Notes under the pieces: generated by a model
The model's input: the letters and a program-made list of their open reading frames with translations, nothing else
Databases searched by the model: none
What the model was told of the DNA's origin: nothing
Assembly: GCF_009914755.1 (NCBI RefSeq)
Contig: NC_060930.1
Strand: one strand, 5' to 3'
DNA from: the human T2T-CHM13v2.0 reference genome, Homo sapiens
DNA length: 64,000 bases
In this document: positions 1-14,484 of the stretch, one piece after another
Layout: each line of letters starts with the position of its first letter
Position numbering within the stretch: the stretch's first letter is position 1
Program-made: the position numbers and the translations under genes

Positions 1-76
1 TTGCTGCAAGCCAAGATGGTGCCACTGCACTGCAGCCTGGGTGAGGGGGTGAGACTCTCTCTCAAAAAAAAGAAAA
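1..76 (+). mobile_element. Alu 3' end with A-tail (runs off window start)
   Basis: GCCAAGATGGTGCCACTGCACTGCAGCCTGGGTGA...GAGACTCTCTCTCAAAAAAAAGAAAA matches the Alu right-arm end. Confidence 0.9.
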
Positions 77-623
<547 letters not shown>

Positions 624-1059
624 TAAACTTTGCTTGATTCTGAGGCATGAAGGAAACAGACATGGAAGAAGATGATGACTGTTAATTTTATCATATGTGA
701 AGTGATTTCTGAGGCAGTAAAACATGCAGAAGCTTGAGGAGAGAGAGGTGATGTCAACACAGAATTTATTTGCTCCTAGATACACGTGATTAGTAAAAGG
801 AAGTAAAATTAAGCATCTTTTATTTTTAAGAGGCCACATTTCTGCAGTGGAGACCATTGTCACTTTTTTTCAAGCCAGTACTTTAAGAAGTTTGTTAGGC
901 ACATGGAGCTCTCCTCAGTTTACAACTAGAAGCACTATGAATAAGATAAGGTAAAAGTTTTTTGAGGAGTAATGAAAAGCTCATGTTTAATTGAGTAGTA
1001 ATGAATAAAAGGTGTATAGTCTACACCTAAAATTTTTTAACCTCATTTCTTATTCTCTA

Positions 1060-1857
1060 TTGGATGCTCTAGAGGCAGAGCCTGAGAGAGGGATTCTTGT
1101 TCAAGTGACTCATTGAAGGAGTGTTCTCTGGGGAAGGAGAGTGAGGGATGTAGGACAAGACAGGGAATGTGTCTCAGCTGGAGACTGGTTTCACTCAGAT
1201 CCTATTGGGAAGGTCTGGGATGAAAATTACACTGAAAAGCTGGTCCCATCATGAGGTAAGTGGGTCCTTTTTACTCTTCTATCAGTTATTGGCTGAGGTT
1301 TCAAGGGCGGTAGTGTTGGAAAGTGTAGCCTTCCTGGTGTGGTAGCTTTCTTTGGTGATTGTCTTAGTCTGTTCAGGCTACTATAACAAAATACCTTAAA
1401 CTGGATAATTTATAAATAATGTAAATATATTTCTCATGGTTCTGAAGGCTGGGAAGTCCAAAGTCAAGGCACCAGCAGATTCACTGTTACTGTCTGGTGA
1501 GGACCTGTTTTTCCCAGGTGGTGCCTTCTCTATGTCCTCACTTGACAGAAGAGGAAAAGGCAGTTCCCTTCAACCTCTTTTATAAGGGCACAAGTCTCAT
1601 TCATGAGGGCAGAGCTCTCATGACTTAATCACCCCCTAAAGGACTCACTTTTTAATATTTTTGCATTGGGGGTTAGGTTTCAACATGTGAATGTTTTTTG
1701 TTTGTTTGTTTGTTTTGGTGATGGGTACCAACATTCAGACCGTAGTACTTTCCAGGGAATGGAGTCATTTGTGAACTATTATCAACCTACACTCACAACA
1801 GCCAGAGGATGAGAGCACCTGCCTGAAAAGGGGCAGGGTCGCACAGTGTCCACTACA
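1060..1857 (-). mobile_element. Old MaLR LTR (MLT1K/L-like), split by a younger MLT1A
   Basis: CTAGAGGCAGAGCCTGAGA..GGATTCTTG..CAAGTGA; terminus ...GTCCACTACA at 1857. Confidence 0.6.
1360..1747 (-). mobile_element. MLT1A-type MaLR solo LTR
   Basis: TGTCTTAGTCTGTTCAGGCTACTATAACAAAATACC...GGCTGGGAAGTCCAA...AACATTCAGACCGTAGTA. Confidence 0.85.
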
Positions 1858-4789
1858 GTATAGTATAAAATACATAACTCTGGAGGGTTACTTTTTAGGG
1901 AAAGGTTATGTGCATGTTCAATTAAGTGTTTTAAAACTCTTTTCCCCTTATGCTTGGAAAAAGCTATTTTCTGAATCAAAACTCAGGATATTTTGTCAAG
2001 TCATGTATCCTGACTTGGGATTTAGAAATGTATTTCTCTGATACTTTATTTTTATGAAACATGTGACATATAAATTTAACATATATTTATTGGTATACTT
2101 AAACATTAAAATAATAAATAAAGATGGGCCATTGGGATGCTTTGGAACATAAAAGGCTTATTATTCCCAAGTATCATATACAGAGTCTCAAACCAGATTT
2201 GATGGACAAAATTTCTCATTTGCTTTACAAATCTCAATTCCTTTTGTCTCACTCAAACGTCTATTCAAATTTTCTCTTCCTTTAAATTTTTCTATAATTT
2301 AAGTAACATCTTGTTTCTATTTGCTTTTTTTTCTTTCTATAAATCATATTTATTCTTCTTTTGCTTGCTTTTCAGGCATGGCTTGAGGTTTCTCAGGAAA
2401 CTTATTCTTTTCATCTAACCTATTATATCTATTAATTGTTATCTCTATCATCATTTTTTTCACCTCATTGACTCATTATTCTCAGAGTCAAGCAAATGGG
2501 AATGCACTTAAGTGTACAGGAGAGAAATAGTAAAATGTTGACAATGTGTAATAGTGTTTTATTGCTATCATCATCTGTTATAACTCCTCTGACACCCATT
2601 ACATATGTTTATGAAGAGCCAGGTTGGAAGAGCATGGAGTCTGCTTTTGGGAAGGCATTTGAGCTGCCTCCAGCCTGATAAAGAGTTTAGAATGGTTACC
2701 CACTCATCCCCAGATGATAATTATATTACCTTTATTCAATATTTTCTTATGCTAGACATCATTTCATTGTAAAAGCCAAATAAAATTTTAAATGTGTTTT
2801 GAACCAAAAGTGTTGCAGATTTCATTGTCTTTTAATTTTTTCTGTCTTACTTTGCATTCCTTATAATCCTAATATTCTGATTGTCTTGATTTTTCTCCTG
2901 TTCATGAACGATCCTTAACATGCTCAGGCTACTTTTCTATTTCTGAACCATATTTAATGCTAAAGCATACTGCCCAGAAATCCTGTTGTCTTGTAATGGT
3001 CCCTACTTCCTCATCAAGACCCTCTCCCTGCCTACAAATACCTTGGCTTCACCCAGTTGCTAAAATTTTCATCCAAAGACCAGAGTGGGAGCTGCCATTG
3101 CCAGTGCTTCCCAAAGTGCACTCTCAGGGATCCCCTGAGTACCATGAGGTCTTCCCCTTGTGCTTTTTCAAAACCTAGTTTTTTTTTTTCTTGCTTTTGA
3201 TTTCTGTGGACCTCAGATTACTTCACTACTTCTGAGGCAACATGACCATCTCTTTTTGCCATCTCATTTCCTCAGAAGCAAGGCCTCACTTTTTTTTCAT
3301 TTCCATTTAACAGTTCTTGGTCTTTTTTCATATGGGTTTTCATATGCCTTTTAAAAGACCAACTCCTGGGACTTATTTCTCTTCTACCTGCTCAGATCTA
3401 GGACTCTTTTGGATCTGAGCTTCTTTCTCTTTTTTTTTTTTTCCTCTTTGTGAACATTCTTACTTTAATGTCAAAAAAAAAAAAAAAAAAAAAAAAACCC
3501 AAAACTTTTAAAACCCGGTTTTTAAACTGTTTCTATGGGAGTTTCTATTTCCTTCAAAAGCTCTGGCAATTGTTTCTATTTATTTAATAGTAAATTTGTT
3601 TTTTGGTTTGATGTCTGTGTGTGTTTACTCTGTTTTCTGCTGCTGTAGCACAAATCAGATTCCTAAAATCAGTGTTTAGGCACAAGACCAAAAACACCTT
3701 CTTACCCTGGAAATATTGCATATCTCCTCTCTGCTTCCAGAATTCATTCTTACTTTTTCATCTCTCATTAAACTTCACTTTGAATAATCCTGCACTCTGG
3801 ATTCTCAAAATTAGTGACAATGATTAAATCTTAGTAACATACCACTCCCTTCCCTCTTAAAAAACAAGATTAAGAGGGAAAAAAAATGAGCTGGAGTAAT
3901 GAAATCCAACTCACATATTAAAGCAAAGGTAAAACTGCATCTCAGATTTCAATCTATTTGAAACAAATCTTTCCTGGCTTCCAGAATGACTTCTTACCTC
4001 CTCCACAACCAGATTTCTGCATGCTTCACATGATGTAGGGGCACTTATGAATGTAGCTACTATTTATAGAGGCTTCACTGAAACCAAACTGAATCTCTAT
4101 TCACTCCATCTCAGATTCCTCTTATTTATTATCTGCTGTATAAAACTTACATCTACTAAGGATTCAGAGTTTTGAGATACATGGCTCTAAAAGTATGATT
4201 TTTTTTAGTAATCTCTTTTCCCAATTAACCATCCACTATGAAATTATCATCAGACTGGAGTGTTTCTTCTGGAGGAAAAATTACCTGTGAACCTAGATGC
4301 ACAAATATCCCTACAACCTCATACTGTTGTACCTTGCCAAGATGCATAAGCATGGGAGACATTCTTTAGGCAAATGCTCTGCATACATTATTACTAGCTG
4401 TGGTTTGGATCTCAAGCCTGTTTAAACTGTGATACTAAATGTAGTCCACCAGAGCCACATGTTTTCTTCTAACTCGAATGGGTCAAGTGACTCCATTCTC
4501 CTAGGCCTATTTGCTGATCTAATTATTTTGGACTCATCATCAGTTTTGGAAAAGGAAGTAGACAAAATGGAATCCAAGAAAGTAATACCAGAGACAGAGC
4601 TAGTCAGAGACAGAGCTGACCTAAACGATCTCTTCCACGTCTTCCTCCTTTTGGAGCCCAACGAAGTCCATTATACCCAGCACCTTTCATAAGATTGAGA
4701 GATTCAAGATAAATAGAGATAATAGATTTTGGTGGGAAGATAATAAACTTAATTTTCAATAATAACATCCTTCTAAAATTCTAGAAAGT

Positions 4790-5087
4790 AGTTTGAAGTG
4801 CAGGACGAACCTGGGAGAGGAGTTAGGACTGGAAAAAGATTTCGAAGTCATCTGCATAAAGTATTTAAGGCCATGGGAGTAGGTGGAAGATTGTGTAAGT
4901 GAATCAGAAGTATAATAGTATATATCTGAGATCAGAATGCCTAGGTTTAATTCTATCTCTGTCATATTTTAACTGAAATCTTGGGCAAATTACCATCTGT
5001 GATCCTTGGTTTTCTCATGTTTGTAATGGGGTTTGATTTAGGTTATCTTTAAGTTCCCTTTTATCTCCAAAATTCTACTATTTTAAG
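4790..5087. mobile_element. L2 fragment followed by MIR fragment
   Basis: GTCATCTGCATA..TTTAAGGCCATGGGAGT (L2-like); CTTGGGCAAATTAC..CTTGGTTTTCTCATGTTTGTAATGGG (MIR core). Confidence 0.55.
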
Positions 5088-8009
5088 AAATTGTTAAAGG
5101 TGAAAATGCAGAGATAAAATATAGAGGACCTGTAAGTACGTAATAGAATTGAGACTTAAGGCAGGTTTCAAAGCTGAGAACAACTTAAGAATGTGCATAT
5201 TTGAATGAGATTATTTGTTTCTTGATTAACACATGAACTTTTTCCCCCCTGGGGGGTATTAGGACCCAATTTTCATTAAAATTTCCTCTTCACAAGGTAA
5301 AATGTAGTACTCTAAGGAGATTACAATAACTGAGACTAATGATGGTTTAAGCATCAAAAATTAGAATAAAACAAGTGAATTTTAGGGATGATATTTCAAC
5401 GATAAAATAGCAACTGATGACAACCTGAATGTGGTATGAGAGAAGCAAAGTCAATTGGTTCTAAGATTGCACACTATTTGATATATAATTGAAGACATAG
5501 TGTAAGAGGAGATGGAAATTAAGAAGTTGTAATCATATGGGTGCCTTTATGAAGCACTCAAAACACTTTGCACACATCAAGTGTTAATCCTTATTATATC
5601 TTTAAGAGGCAAGTAAGAGAACGGGTATTATTCTCACTTAGAAATGGATGGCTTGTGTTTATGGGGTAAGCACGTGGCACATGCAGAGGCAGCCAAATGT
5701 CGCCACTGAAAGGATGTGCTCTACGTCACGGGGCCTGCATTTAGCTCCCCAAAGCACCACCCCACACATCGTGTGTCCTAGGGCGAGTTCTTATTTGGGC
5801 TTCAATGTTCTTGCCTACAAAATGGAAATAATAATGGTTATTAGTAGCTGTTAGGTTTAAATAATGTGTGTAAAGTGCTTCTAATGGTATCTGCCACATA
5901 GTAAATATAGTCAATATAATTTACTACTACTGCTATTACTGCTACAATGACAATCAGCAACATACAGTGAGGTTTTGATACATGTAAAAGGAAATTAATG
6001 TTTCTTCATTCTTATTTTGGGGCTTCTATTCTGTAAGTGGGGCCTGGGGAGAACAGGGACTATGAAGGTCCCTGTGGCAGTTCATTGCGTGGTTCCTATT
6101 AATATTAATATTAATGATACCACAGTGCCTTCACTTTTTTGAGTACGAAACTTGTTTATGACATTTTGTTGAAGACAAATGGAAGTTAAAAACAACAGCT
6201 TTTTCTTTTCCCATTAATTTTGTGTTTTTAATGGAGCAGGAACTGGGTTAGAGGCATAGTTTGTTTGAAGGGTATTTCTTCTCATGAAAGGGGTCAATGA
6301 AAAGCAAAAGCTTAGGAGATTTTGTGCCGGAGTATAACGGCAGGATAATAAATTAGTGATATTTTTAAAAAGATAGGTGAGAAAAGTCAGACTAATAGCC
6401 TGTTGCATAGTCTTTCAGATTCTACTTCTACCCCACACTGCGTCAGGATTTATTTCTATCCCATTCTTTTAGCTAAGCCTTCTACCCTCTGAAAAACTTT
6501 CCTTCCTCAGCTCATTAAGCCATGTCTTTTTGATCCTTTAATATGTGATTCAAAACATTCTGATTGTCTCCCCTACTTAGATCACCCACTGGATCACCTC
6601 AGTATACATATATTATTTGCACTATTTTAATTTTGCACTAATTTATGTTTCTTTGGAAACCCTATTTTAGTCCATTTATATAGCATGAATAATCAGTACT
6701 ATTGAAAGTTCCTTGTTGTCAGGAACCATATTTTCTATTTCTATTGCATCTCCCTAGGGTATCTGTCATAATGTTCAGAAACATTTATGAAGTACCCAGT
6801 AATGCTTAATGAATGTTAGTGATGACAAGACTCTCATGCAATTGAGATAGCAATACAACATCTGAGAGATTTCTGGGAGACAAGCAGAGAAACAGAGGCC
6901 AGAGGTGTACAGATTTGAGTTTTATCCATGTAATGAGAGTAGTTTCACTAGACAAAAATTCCAGGTTTCTTAAACCTTTTTATTCACCTAAGTGCTCCAT
7001 GTCTTTTTAAGCATTTTCAATGTCTTTTTTGGTATACTCTTACAAAATTTGTATGCCTTTTCTCTCTAAGGAAGATGACCTTAACTGATTGAAAGGTGAA
7101 AGAATACCATAATTTATATAATGGTATTATATTTCTTTCTAATATTCTCCAATTATGGAGAGCTTTAAGATTGTCCCTGTTAGCTATGGGATGTCATAGC
7201 TATAATCTTGTACTATGCCATGTACTATAATCTTTAAAATGAATTCATTTTTGACATTTTTATTTTCTTGTGACATAGCATCATCAAATTTTCAATAGTA
7301 TATGTGACTAGTATATACAAACCTAAAACAAATCATACATTCTTTGAAAACTATGGAGTGAAAATAAACTACAAATGTAATTTGGTATGTATCTTAGCTT
7401 AAAGTGGGAAACATTCTAGGAGATATTTTATATAAAAAGAAAACAAAAGAAACCTAATTTTTCCCCTTTTTATGATTTCCAGAATTAGTGCTATAAATTG
7501 CAGAAGAAAATAGAAAATTATATAAGCGATGCAATATATGTTGAAGATACATTCTTGTAAGGAAACACTATGGTACATAATTGTCATAGTATTAATAATT
7601 CTTTACCTTGAAAAGTAGTCAAATGATCTTCACTTCAGACAAATCATAGGACCGTAAGTCAGGTATAATCACAATATAAATATTCATGTATAGCATATAT
7701 AGGAATATATGTGTGTGTAGTATATATGTGCATATGTGTATACATGTTTATAATAGGTTCTGTTTAAAATATGTTATAGTAATGGAGAAAACTTTTGAGA
7801 CAGTAACTTTTAAAATAGAAATCTTAAGGAAGGAAAAAGAAAAAAATTGTCACAAACCCTGAAATTTACACAGTATAGTACTTCTCATGGCAACTGTCGT
7901 TGATATTCATGTGGTCATCCATGGAATGCAATGTGCAATGAGGACAAGAGCAGTGATATCAGCAAAACAATTTAGTCGTGGATGTAAGCTCATTCCTGAT
8001 ACATAAAAC

Positions 8010-8046
8010 ACTATACTTGATTTTAGCCAAAAGGCTGAGAAGTGCT
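8010..8046 (-). pseudogene. U2 snRNA 5'-fragment retro-pseudogene
   Basis: Reverse complement AGCACTTCTCAGCCTTTTGGCTAAAATCAAGTATAGT versus U2 5' end ATCGCTTCTCGGCCTTTTGGCTAAGATCAAGTGTAGT: 32/37 identity. Confidence 0.85.
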
Positions 8047-9067
8047 GGCATGTAAATGACATATAAAATAAATTTGGTTCTCTCTATTAAGCATATTAGG
8101 AATTAGCATCAATTAATTATATTTCAGGGGCTAATATGTAACTAATTTTAATGGGCCTTGGGCCTCAGTGCATTCAGTTATTTTTATAGAAAGCACCTTT
8201 CACTTCAGGTGCCAGATTAAGGTAACAGTCTGATAACAAGCACATGCACTAAGAATAAATGAGGGTTTGTTTGCCTCAGAGTGGTTGGAGTGACTTCTTT
8301 CATTTGTTTTCATCTTGCTGATCTCAAGCATTGTTACTTTCTGTCCCTTCTCCAGATAAACAAGGCATAGGTCTACTAGCAAGAGGGATTTCTGTAGTTC
8401 CCAATTATAGCTCATTTTGAAGGAAATGTGTATTGGACTTTTTGTGAAGAACACTAGTAGCCTTAAACAAGCCATTGAAATGCAAATACAAAATTATCTA
8501 ATTGGAACATTTTTATGAATTGCTAGAATAATTTTTACATATTTTTAGAAGATATTACTAGAGTCTTTAAAATTTTAGTAGTAGTTCTGTGACTCAAATT
8601 TAGTGTTTTATAGAAAAGACAAGGTTGGCATACCTTCTGTTTTTAGGCATACTTAAGTTGAGATTAGAAGAAAAATCAGTGTCTCTTTTCCTGCATTCAT
8701 TGGTGTATTATGTGGAATTTTGTCAAAGTCATGATCAGTAAGTAACAGAAAGCTGTGTAAATGAAAAGCAAAACTGCAAAAATCAGCTGCAGTAAAGGTT
8801 TATTTTTCATTGATAAAATTTTCTAATTCCCAAACAATCTGGAGTCTGGCAAATATGTAGTAGTATAGTAGTTTCATTAGGCAGGTTTATATGAGAGAAA
8901 AAACCAACAAGGAAAAGGTTTGCTTAAGCATCTGAAGGCCACCCTGATGATATCTAGTGTTTGAAATAGCTGTGCTTTAGAATTGTGCAAAAGGGAATCA
9001 AAGGAAATGCCTTAAAATTCTACCCAATATATTGGTTATGGAGTATCTCCTGGGAGTCACATTAAAA

Positions 9068-9070
<3 letters not shown>

Positions 9071-9108
<38 letters not shown>
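9071..9108. repeat. (AC)19 microsatellite
   Basis: direct reading. Confidence 0.97.
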
Positions 9109-9113
<5 letters not shown>

Positions 9114-9254
9114 ATTCATCCAAAATTGTTCAAATTGTGAATAGGTGGATATATCGCAAAAACATGCATATCAAACTCTAAAGAATGGTTATAACTATAT
9201 GCAATTGAGCAATGTAATATAAAACTCACAAAAAAATTAAAACATTTATTGTTC

Positions 9255-9630
9255 TAGCCCAGCACTTCTCAAATTCATGCCTAGAGCTGCAACTACATAG
9301 ATTAGATTCTGACTTAATTTGTCTTACGTGGGACTGAGGACTAGGTAATTCTTTCAAGCTCTCTTAGTGATACTGGTATGAATACATGGTTGAGAAATAC
9401 TGCTTTACACCATGGATCCTTGAGAGGAAAGCAAAGACTTTAGGGTGGATTGGCCCTCTGTTGAAATCCTAGCTCTGCCACTGACTGTGTGGCCTTGTGT
9501 AGGGAACTCTCAGAGGCTTCATTCTCAATCGTATGGGAAATGCAAAACCACAGGATTCTTATGAGAATTATATTTGGTAATGTTCTTAAAGCCTTTGGTA
9601 TAGATCAAAAATACTTGTTTACTATCTTTA
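9255..9630. mobile_element. MER5-like hAT relic followed by MIR
   Basis: CAGCACTTCTCAAA...AGATTCTGACTTAATT...GGTTGAGAAATACTG; then TTGAAATCCTAGCTCTGCCACTGACTGTGTGGCCTTG. Confidence 0.55.
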
Positions 9631-10972
9631 TACACTTCTCAGTCTCTGATAACCCCAGGCATAAGGTCACCTTGTCTTATAATATTAGGTAATATTAGTG
9701 TCACTACCCCCAATATATTATCTAGTACAATGTTCAGCATTTTTGAGGATTCTTTGGGGATGAGGTTAATGCATGTAATTATTTTTGGCTCTTTTTTCCT
9801 GCTTCTTAAATTCACAGTGTCTACCTCCAATTTTGCTTCTTGCTTCTGACTCTATTTCTATTTTGTAATGTGCCACTGGACAAGGTCTCTATCCCTTTGC
9901 TATCAAAAGTATCAACTGTAGCTAATTTTAATGAAGGTTTGTGATTCAACAATCTAAAATTTTACATTGGATAGTCAATTTCTTAAAAATATCGCAACCA
10001 TTTCTGGCTCTGAGGAATTTTTATTGTCTATTCTAGTGGGGTTTTGACCTCTTTTTATGTTCCTGTTCTCTCTTTGTTTCTTTTTAAAACTCCATTACAT
10101 GTTCTCCTAGATGTTTTTGCTTCAAAATCCCCAAATAGCTAGTTAGTCCTGAGTTCTCCATTTGGCTCACTTTGAGGCAATTCAGTTATATGCTGATTAA
10201 TGTCTTTTCACCACAAAGTTATTGAACACAATATTTTGCTAAATAAAAATTGTTCTTGCCTCAAAGAGGAATTTTTCCATTCATGAGAATGATAATTTTC
10301 CTTGCCATTGTACAATGTTGGCACAACTGATTTTTTTTTTTTTTTTAGTATGTATAATTGGCTGAACAATGACACAGTTGAGATAGCAGAATACCTTCCA
10401 GAGATCAATAGAGCTAGGGTAGTATCCTGGAAAACTAAGTTTTGTTTGTCAGTTCATAGCTTTGACCTAACTAAATTTAAGAATCACTCCATATAATATC
10501 TGGTGTTGAATGCCACTGTCTTTATGTGACTTTCAGGATTATGCAAAATGGCTGAGAGTATTGACTTAGAAGTAAAATAATTCAATGGGTCCATCTGAAA
10601 GTTGGAACATACTTAGAATTTTTTATTTTTTTGTATAGTTAATACCTAGGTATCTATTTCTTAGTTCTTCTCCCTCTTTTTAATGTATTTAAATTTTTTT
10701 GTATACACAGTGATATTTGTCTGTTTTAGAAAATCTAGAACTTAAAACAAGTAGAAAATAAGAAAGTAAAAAGGATCTGCAATGTTACAATCCAATAATA
10801 ATTACCACTGACATTTTTGTTTTAATCTTTCTTTCCTTTTTTATACAAACATTTTTGCTTACTAATAAAAAGAGGTTAACATAAATACAATTATGTAATT
10901 CACTTTATTCAGCTTAACATTAGGCAAACATCTTTCCATGCCACTAGATATTTACTTATACTATTACTTTTA

Positions 10973-10976
<4 letters not shown>

Positions 10977-11003
<27 letters not shown>
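10977..11003. repeat. (TA)n microsatellite
   Basis: direct reading. Confidence 0.95.
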
Positions 11004-11007
<4 letters not shown>

Positions 11008-11157
11008 TCCCATTATATGGATACACTAATAATTCATTCAATTTTCTATTATTGAACCCTTAAGGTTTTTTCCCTTACCATTTTTATTATAAAAAACATC
11101 CTAGTGAAAATTATTTTAATTAAATTATTGCATACATTCAGGATAGACTTCTTAAAA

Positions 11158-11480
11158 TACTTTATTTTTTAGAGCAATTTTAGGTTCATAGCAAAATTGC
11201 AAGGATGTACAGAGATATTTCCTATACCCAGAACTCTTGCATTTGCATAACCTCCCTTACTATCAACATCCCCAGCAGAGTGGTATATTTGTTACAATTA
11301 ATGAACCCACACTGACACATCGCTATTATCCAAAGACCGTAGTTTACATTAAGTTTCACTCTTGGTGTACATTCTGTGGATTTTGGTTTGGACAAATTCA
11401 AAATGGCATGTATCCACCATTATGGTATCATACAGAGTATTTTCACTGCTTCCAAAATCTTGTATTCTACCTATTCATTG
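11158..11480 (-). mobile_element. L1MB/L1MC-type 3' end
   Basis: TTTTTAGAGCAATTTTAGGTTCATAGCAAAATTG...CAGAGTGGTATATTTGTTACAATTAATGAACC. Confidence 0.8.
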
Positions 11481-12569
11481 TTTATGGTTATAAAACAATA
11501 ATCCCATCTCATTTTTAGAGTAGTACTTAGTTTTACTCTAATTTTAAAAATAAATCTAACCTTTGTGGAAAATTGCAAAAAAACATGAAAAGGAAATAAA
11601 AATCAACCTTAATTTTAGCAGCTATAAAAAATTAACGTTTTGGGTATATGCTCCTTTCTATGTATGTTTTTCCCTCAAATTATAAAGTAAGATGTGTTAA
11701 TCATTGAAAACATGGTAGTAGAGAAACCTGCAAACAGGATAAAATTTTATTTATTATCTCAGTTTCCTGAAGTGACCACTGTTACAATGTAGATATAATA
11801 TATACCTTTCTTCTTTATGTTTTTATTTATTTAAGCTCATATTGGATAGATTTGTTATGATTTCATTAACTTTCTATTGTTGTAAAATAATTTCCTGGCG
11901 TTATTAAGAACTCTAATTTTTAATACTGCTTAATAGTCTATTTTGTGGAAGTATTTTCTATTATTTGGCAGTTAGCCTATTATTTGATAGCTAGTTTGTG
12001 TTATTTTTAATATAAATATTATGAATACTGCTGCTTTATGTACACTAATGCATTTTTAATGTACATTAGGGTTTTTTTATAAGATTGGTTCTTCCAAGTG
12101 GAATTAGAGTGTAAATGTTATGAACTTTATTTCTGCTGTTTCTTATGTTTCTGGTTAACTGATGCTGGTAAACTCACATCAGTGGCATTAAAAGGCATGT
12201 TCATCTTCCTATTTTCTTGAGAAGGGTAAATGTAATTTTCAACTTTTGCAAATTGTTCCTGTACAAATGAAAAAGAGAATCAAGAGCAAATATAATTATA
12301 GTGGTGGATATAAATATATTTTCCTTTGTTTTTGTGTCTTAGAATTCTCATATATTTTCTTCAAATATATCTTTTTGAATTAGCAAATTGTGTGAGAAAA
12401 TACATGCTAAATGTTTTTAAGTGATAGTTATGTTAATAATGGTTATTCATTAATCAAGTATTTTTTTTAAACTCCTACGTACCAGACATGTTCCTAGGGG
12501 TTTGTTTTATCTTTTCTCTTTTTAATGTATTTAATTCAGTGAGAAACTGAATGAGGAGATCTAAGTAGA

Positions 12570-12870
12570 TTAATTCATTTAATGAATATTTATTCCATAC
12601 TCTCTGCTGCATGGGGGTTAAGTGCTGGCAGTACAGAGAAGAATAAGACATGATTCCTGTCCCTAGGAGCTCCAGGTCTAGTGGGGGACAGTGGGTCAAC
12701 AAGTGATTGTAATCCAAAGTGGGAGATGCAGCAAATTGGTGTGCTTGCTGTCCGTGGGTGCAAGGAGTGAGCAGTGATGCTCTGCAGGGGGAGATGATCA
12801 GTGGAAGCTTCACCTAGGAGAAGGCACTCAAGATGGTTCTGGAGGGATTTAGGAGTTGGCTAATATGAGA
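12570..12870 (-). mobile_element. L2 3' end
   Basis: ATTCATTTAATGAATATTTATT...GAATAAGACATGATTCCTGTCCCTAGGAGCTC..GTCTAGTGGGG. Confidence 0.7.
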
Positions 12871-14183
12871 GGATGGAAGGTGAGGGGGTACTTGCTACCT
12901 TAGTCTCAAGGTAAAGGGAAGGATCGAAGATGTATAGCAGGTTATGAAATGGCATTAGCCTTGGTGAAGTCAACAAAAGCCTTATGGGTCAATTAGACAG
13001 TGATTTTGTGAAATTAAGCTTGAATAACATGAGACAGCTTTATGTTGTGCTTAATTAGTAGACATTTACATGTGTAATAATACAATTAACTAAGACAAAT
13101 CTTTTTGCAGTAGTTATATTTTTCTGTGTTTACAGACTACATATTTGCTCATTGAAAAATTGTGAAAATATAGGAAAAAGAGGAAAATAAATATTCAGGC
13201 ATAATCACTGTTAACATTTTAATGGACATGTTTTAGAAATTTTTTTAAACATATAAACATCCTTTAAAAATGTAATCATATAATGCATATGGCTTTTTAT
13301 CTGTTTCTTCTCACGTAGTATATCATGAAATCTTTCTCAAAATAAACATAAGCTAATATTTCATATTAACATATTCTGCTATATGGATATGCCACAATTG
13401 GTTGAACAAATTCACGTCTTCTAGTACATTTGAGGTTATCCTTTTTTTCTATTAAGAAGAATGCTAAGGTAAACAGTCTTTTATGGTCATCTTTGTTCAC
13501 TTCTTCATATCCTTAGGAAAAATTACTGGGTTAAAGTATTTATGTTTCAAATGTTGCCAAATTGGCTTCTTGAATGAAGGTTTGTATCGTTGTAATTATA
13601 TTTTCACTAAACAATGTAAAAGAATATAAGCAAATCTTACTCTGATTCAAATTGCTTTCCTTGTAAAACTAACGTTATTCTGCTCAAAATAAAACCATTG
13701 GTGCCAATATACTTCAATTAGGCTTGTGATTAAATTATAAATAAAGAAGAAATCAGTAACTCTGTGCTTCTGAGTTTTCCCCTCAAGAATATTAAATGAA
13801 AGTGTAACAGACAAAATTGAACATAAATAAAATTTCTCCAATGAATTAATAGACATTTATATTTAAGCCAAAATTTGAAGAAACTGAAGAAATTTGTATT
13901 TTGGGGATGTCTTCATACTGAGAAGCTTCGCATTTTCAGTTGTGTTCTATTATTGAATAATCAGATCATCCAGATTTTTGTACCCATAAGCTAATGTTCT
14001 TTGTCTTCAAAGAAATTCATAGAATAAGTTATGCTAACTTAAATAACTTTCCCTTTCACGAGAGTAAATTTCACGAGAGTATTTCAGTGTTCTAAGTTAA
14101 CCCCTAGTAATCTCAAAGAATTAAGACAACTTTTCAAAGTATACAATTTAACACTGGAGTGTTTTAAAATATAAAACAAAATT

Positions 14184-14484
<301 letters not shown>

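Noticed and set aside
3390-3442. 14-bp hairpin (with G-U pairs) followed by a T-tract, resembling an intrinsic terminator
   Set aside because: The context is eukaryotic and there is no recognisable upstream RNA gene or Pol III promoter, so it is probably chance.
2840-3500. Possible processed pseudogene ending in poly-A at 3474-3497
   Set aside because: No recognisable protein on either strand and no TSD found.
4340-4692. Overlapping 79/87-aa ORFs
   Set aside because: No known protein similarity or splice signals. The faint resemblance to a CR1/L3 relic is too weak to call.
14054-14081. 15-bp-period duplication TTTCACGAGAGTA
   Set aside because: Routine micro-duplication indel.
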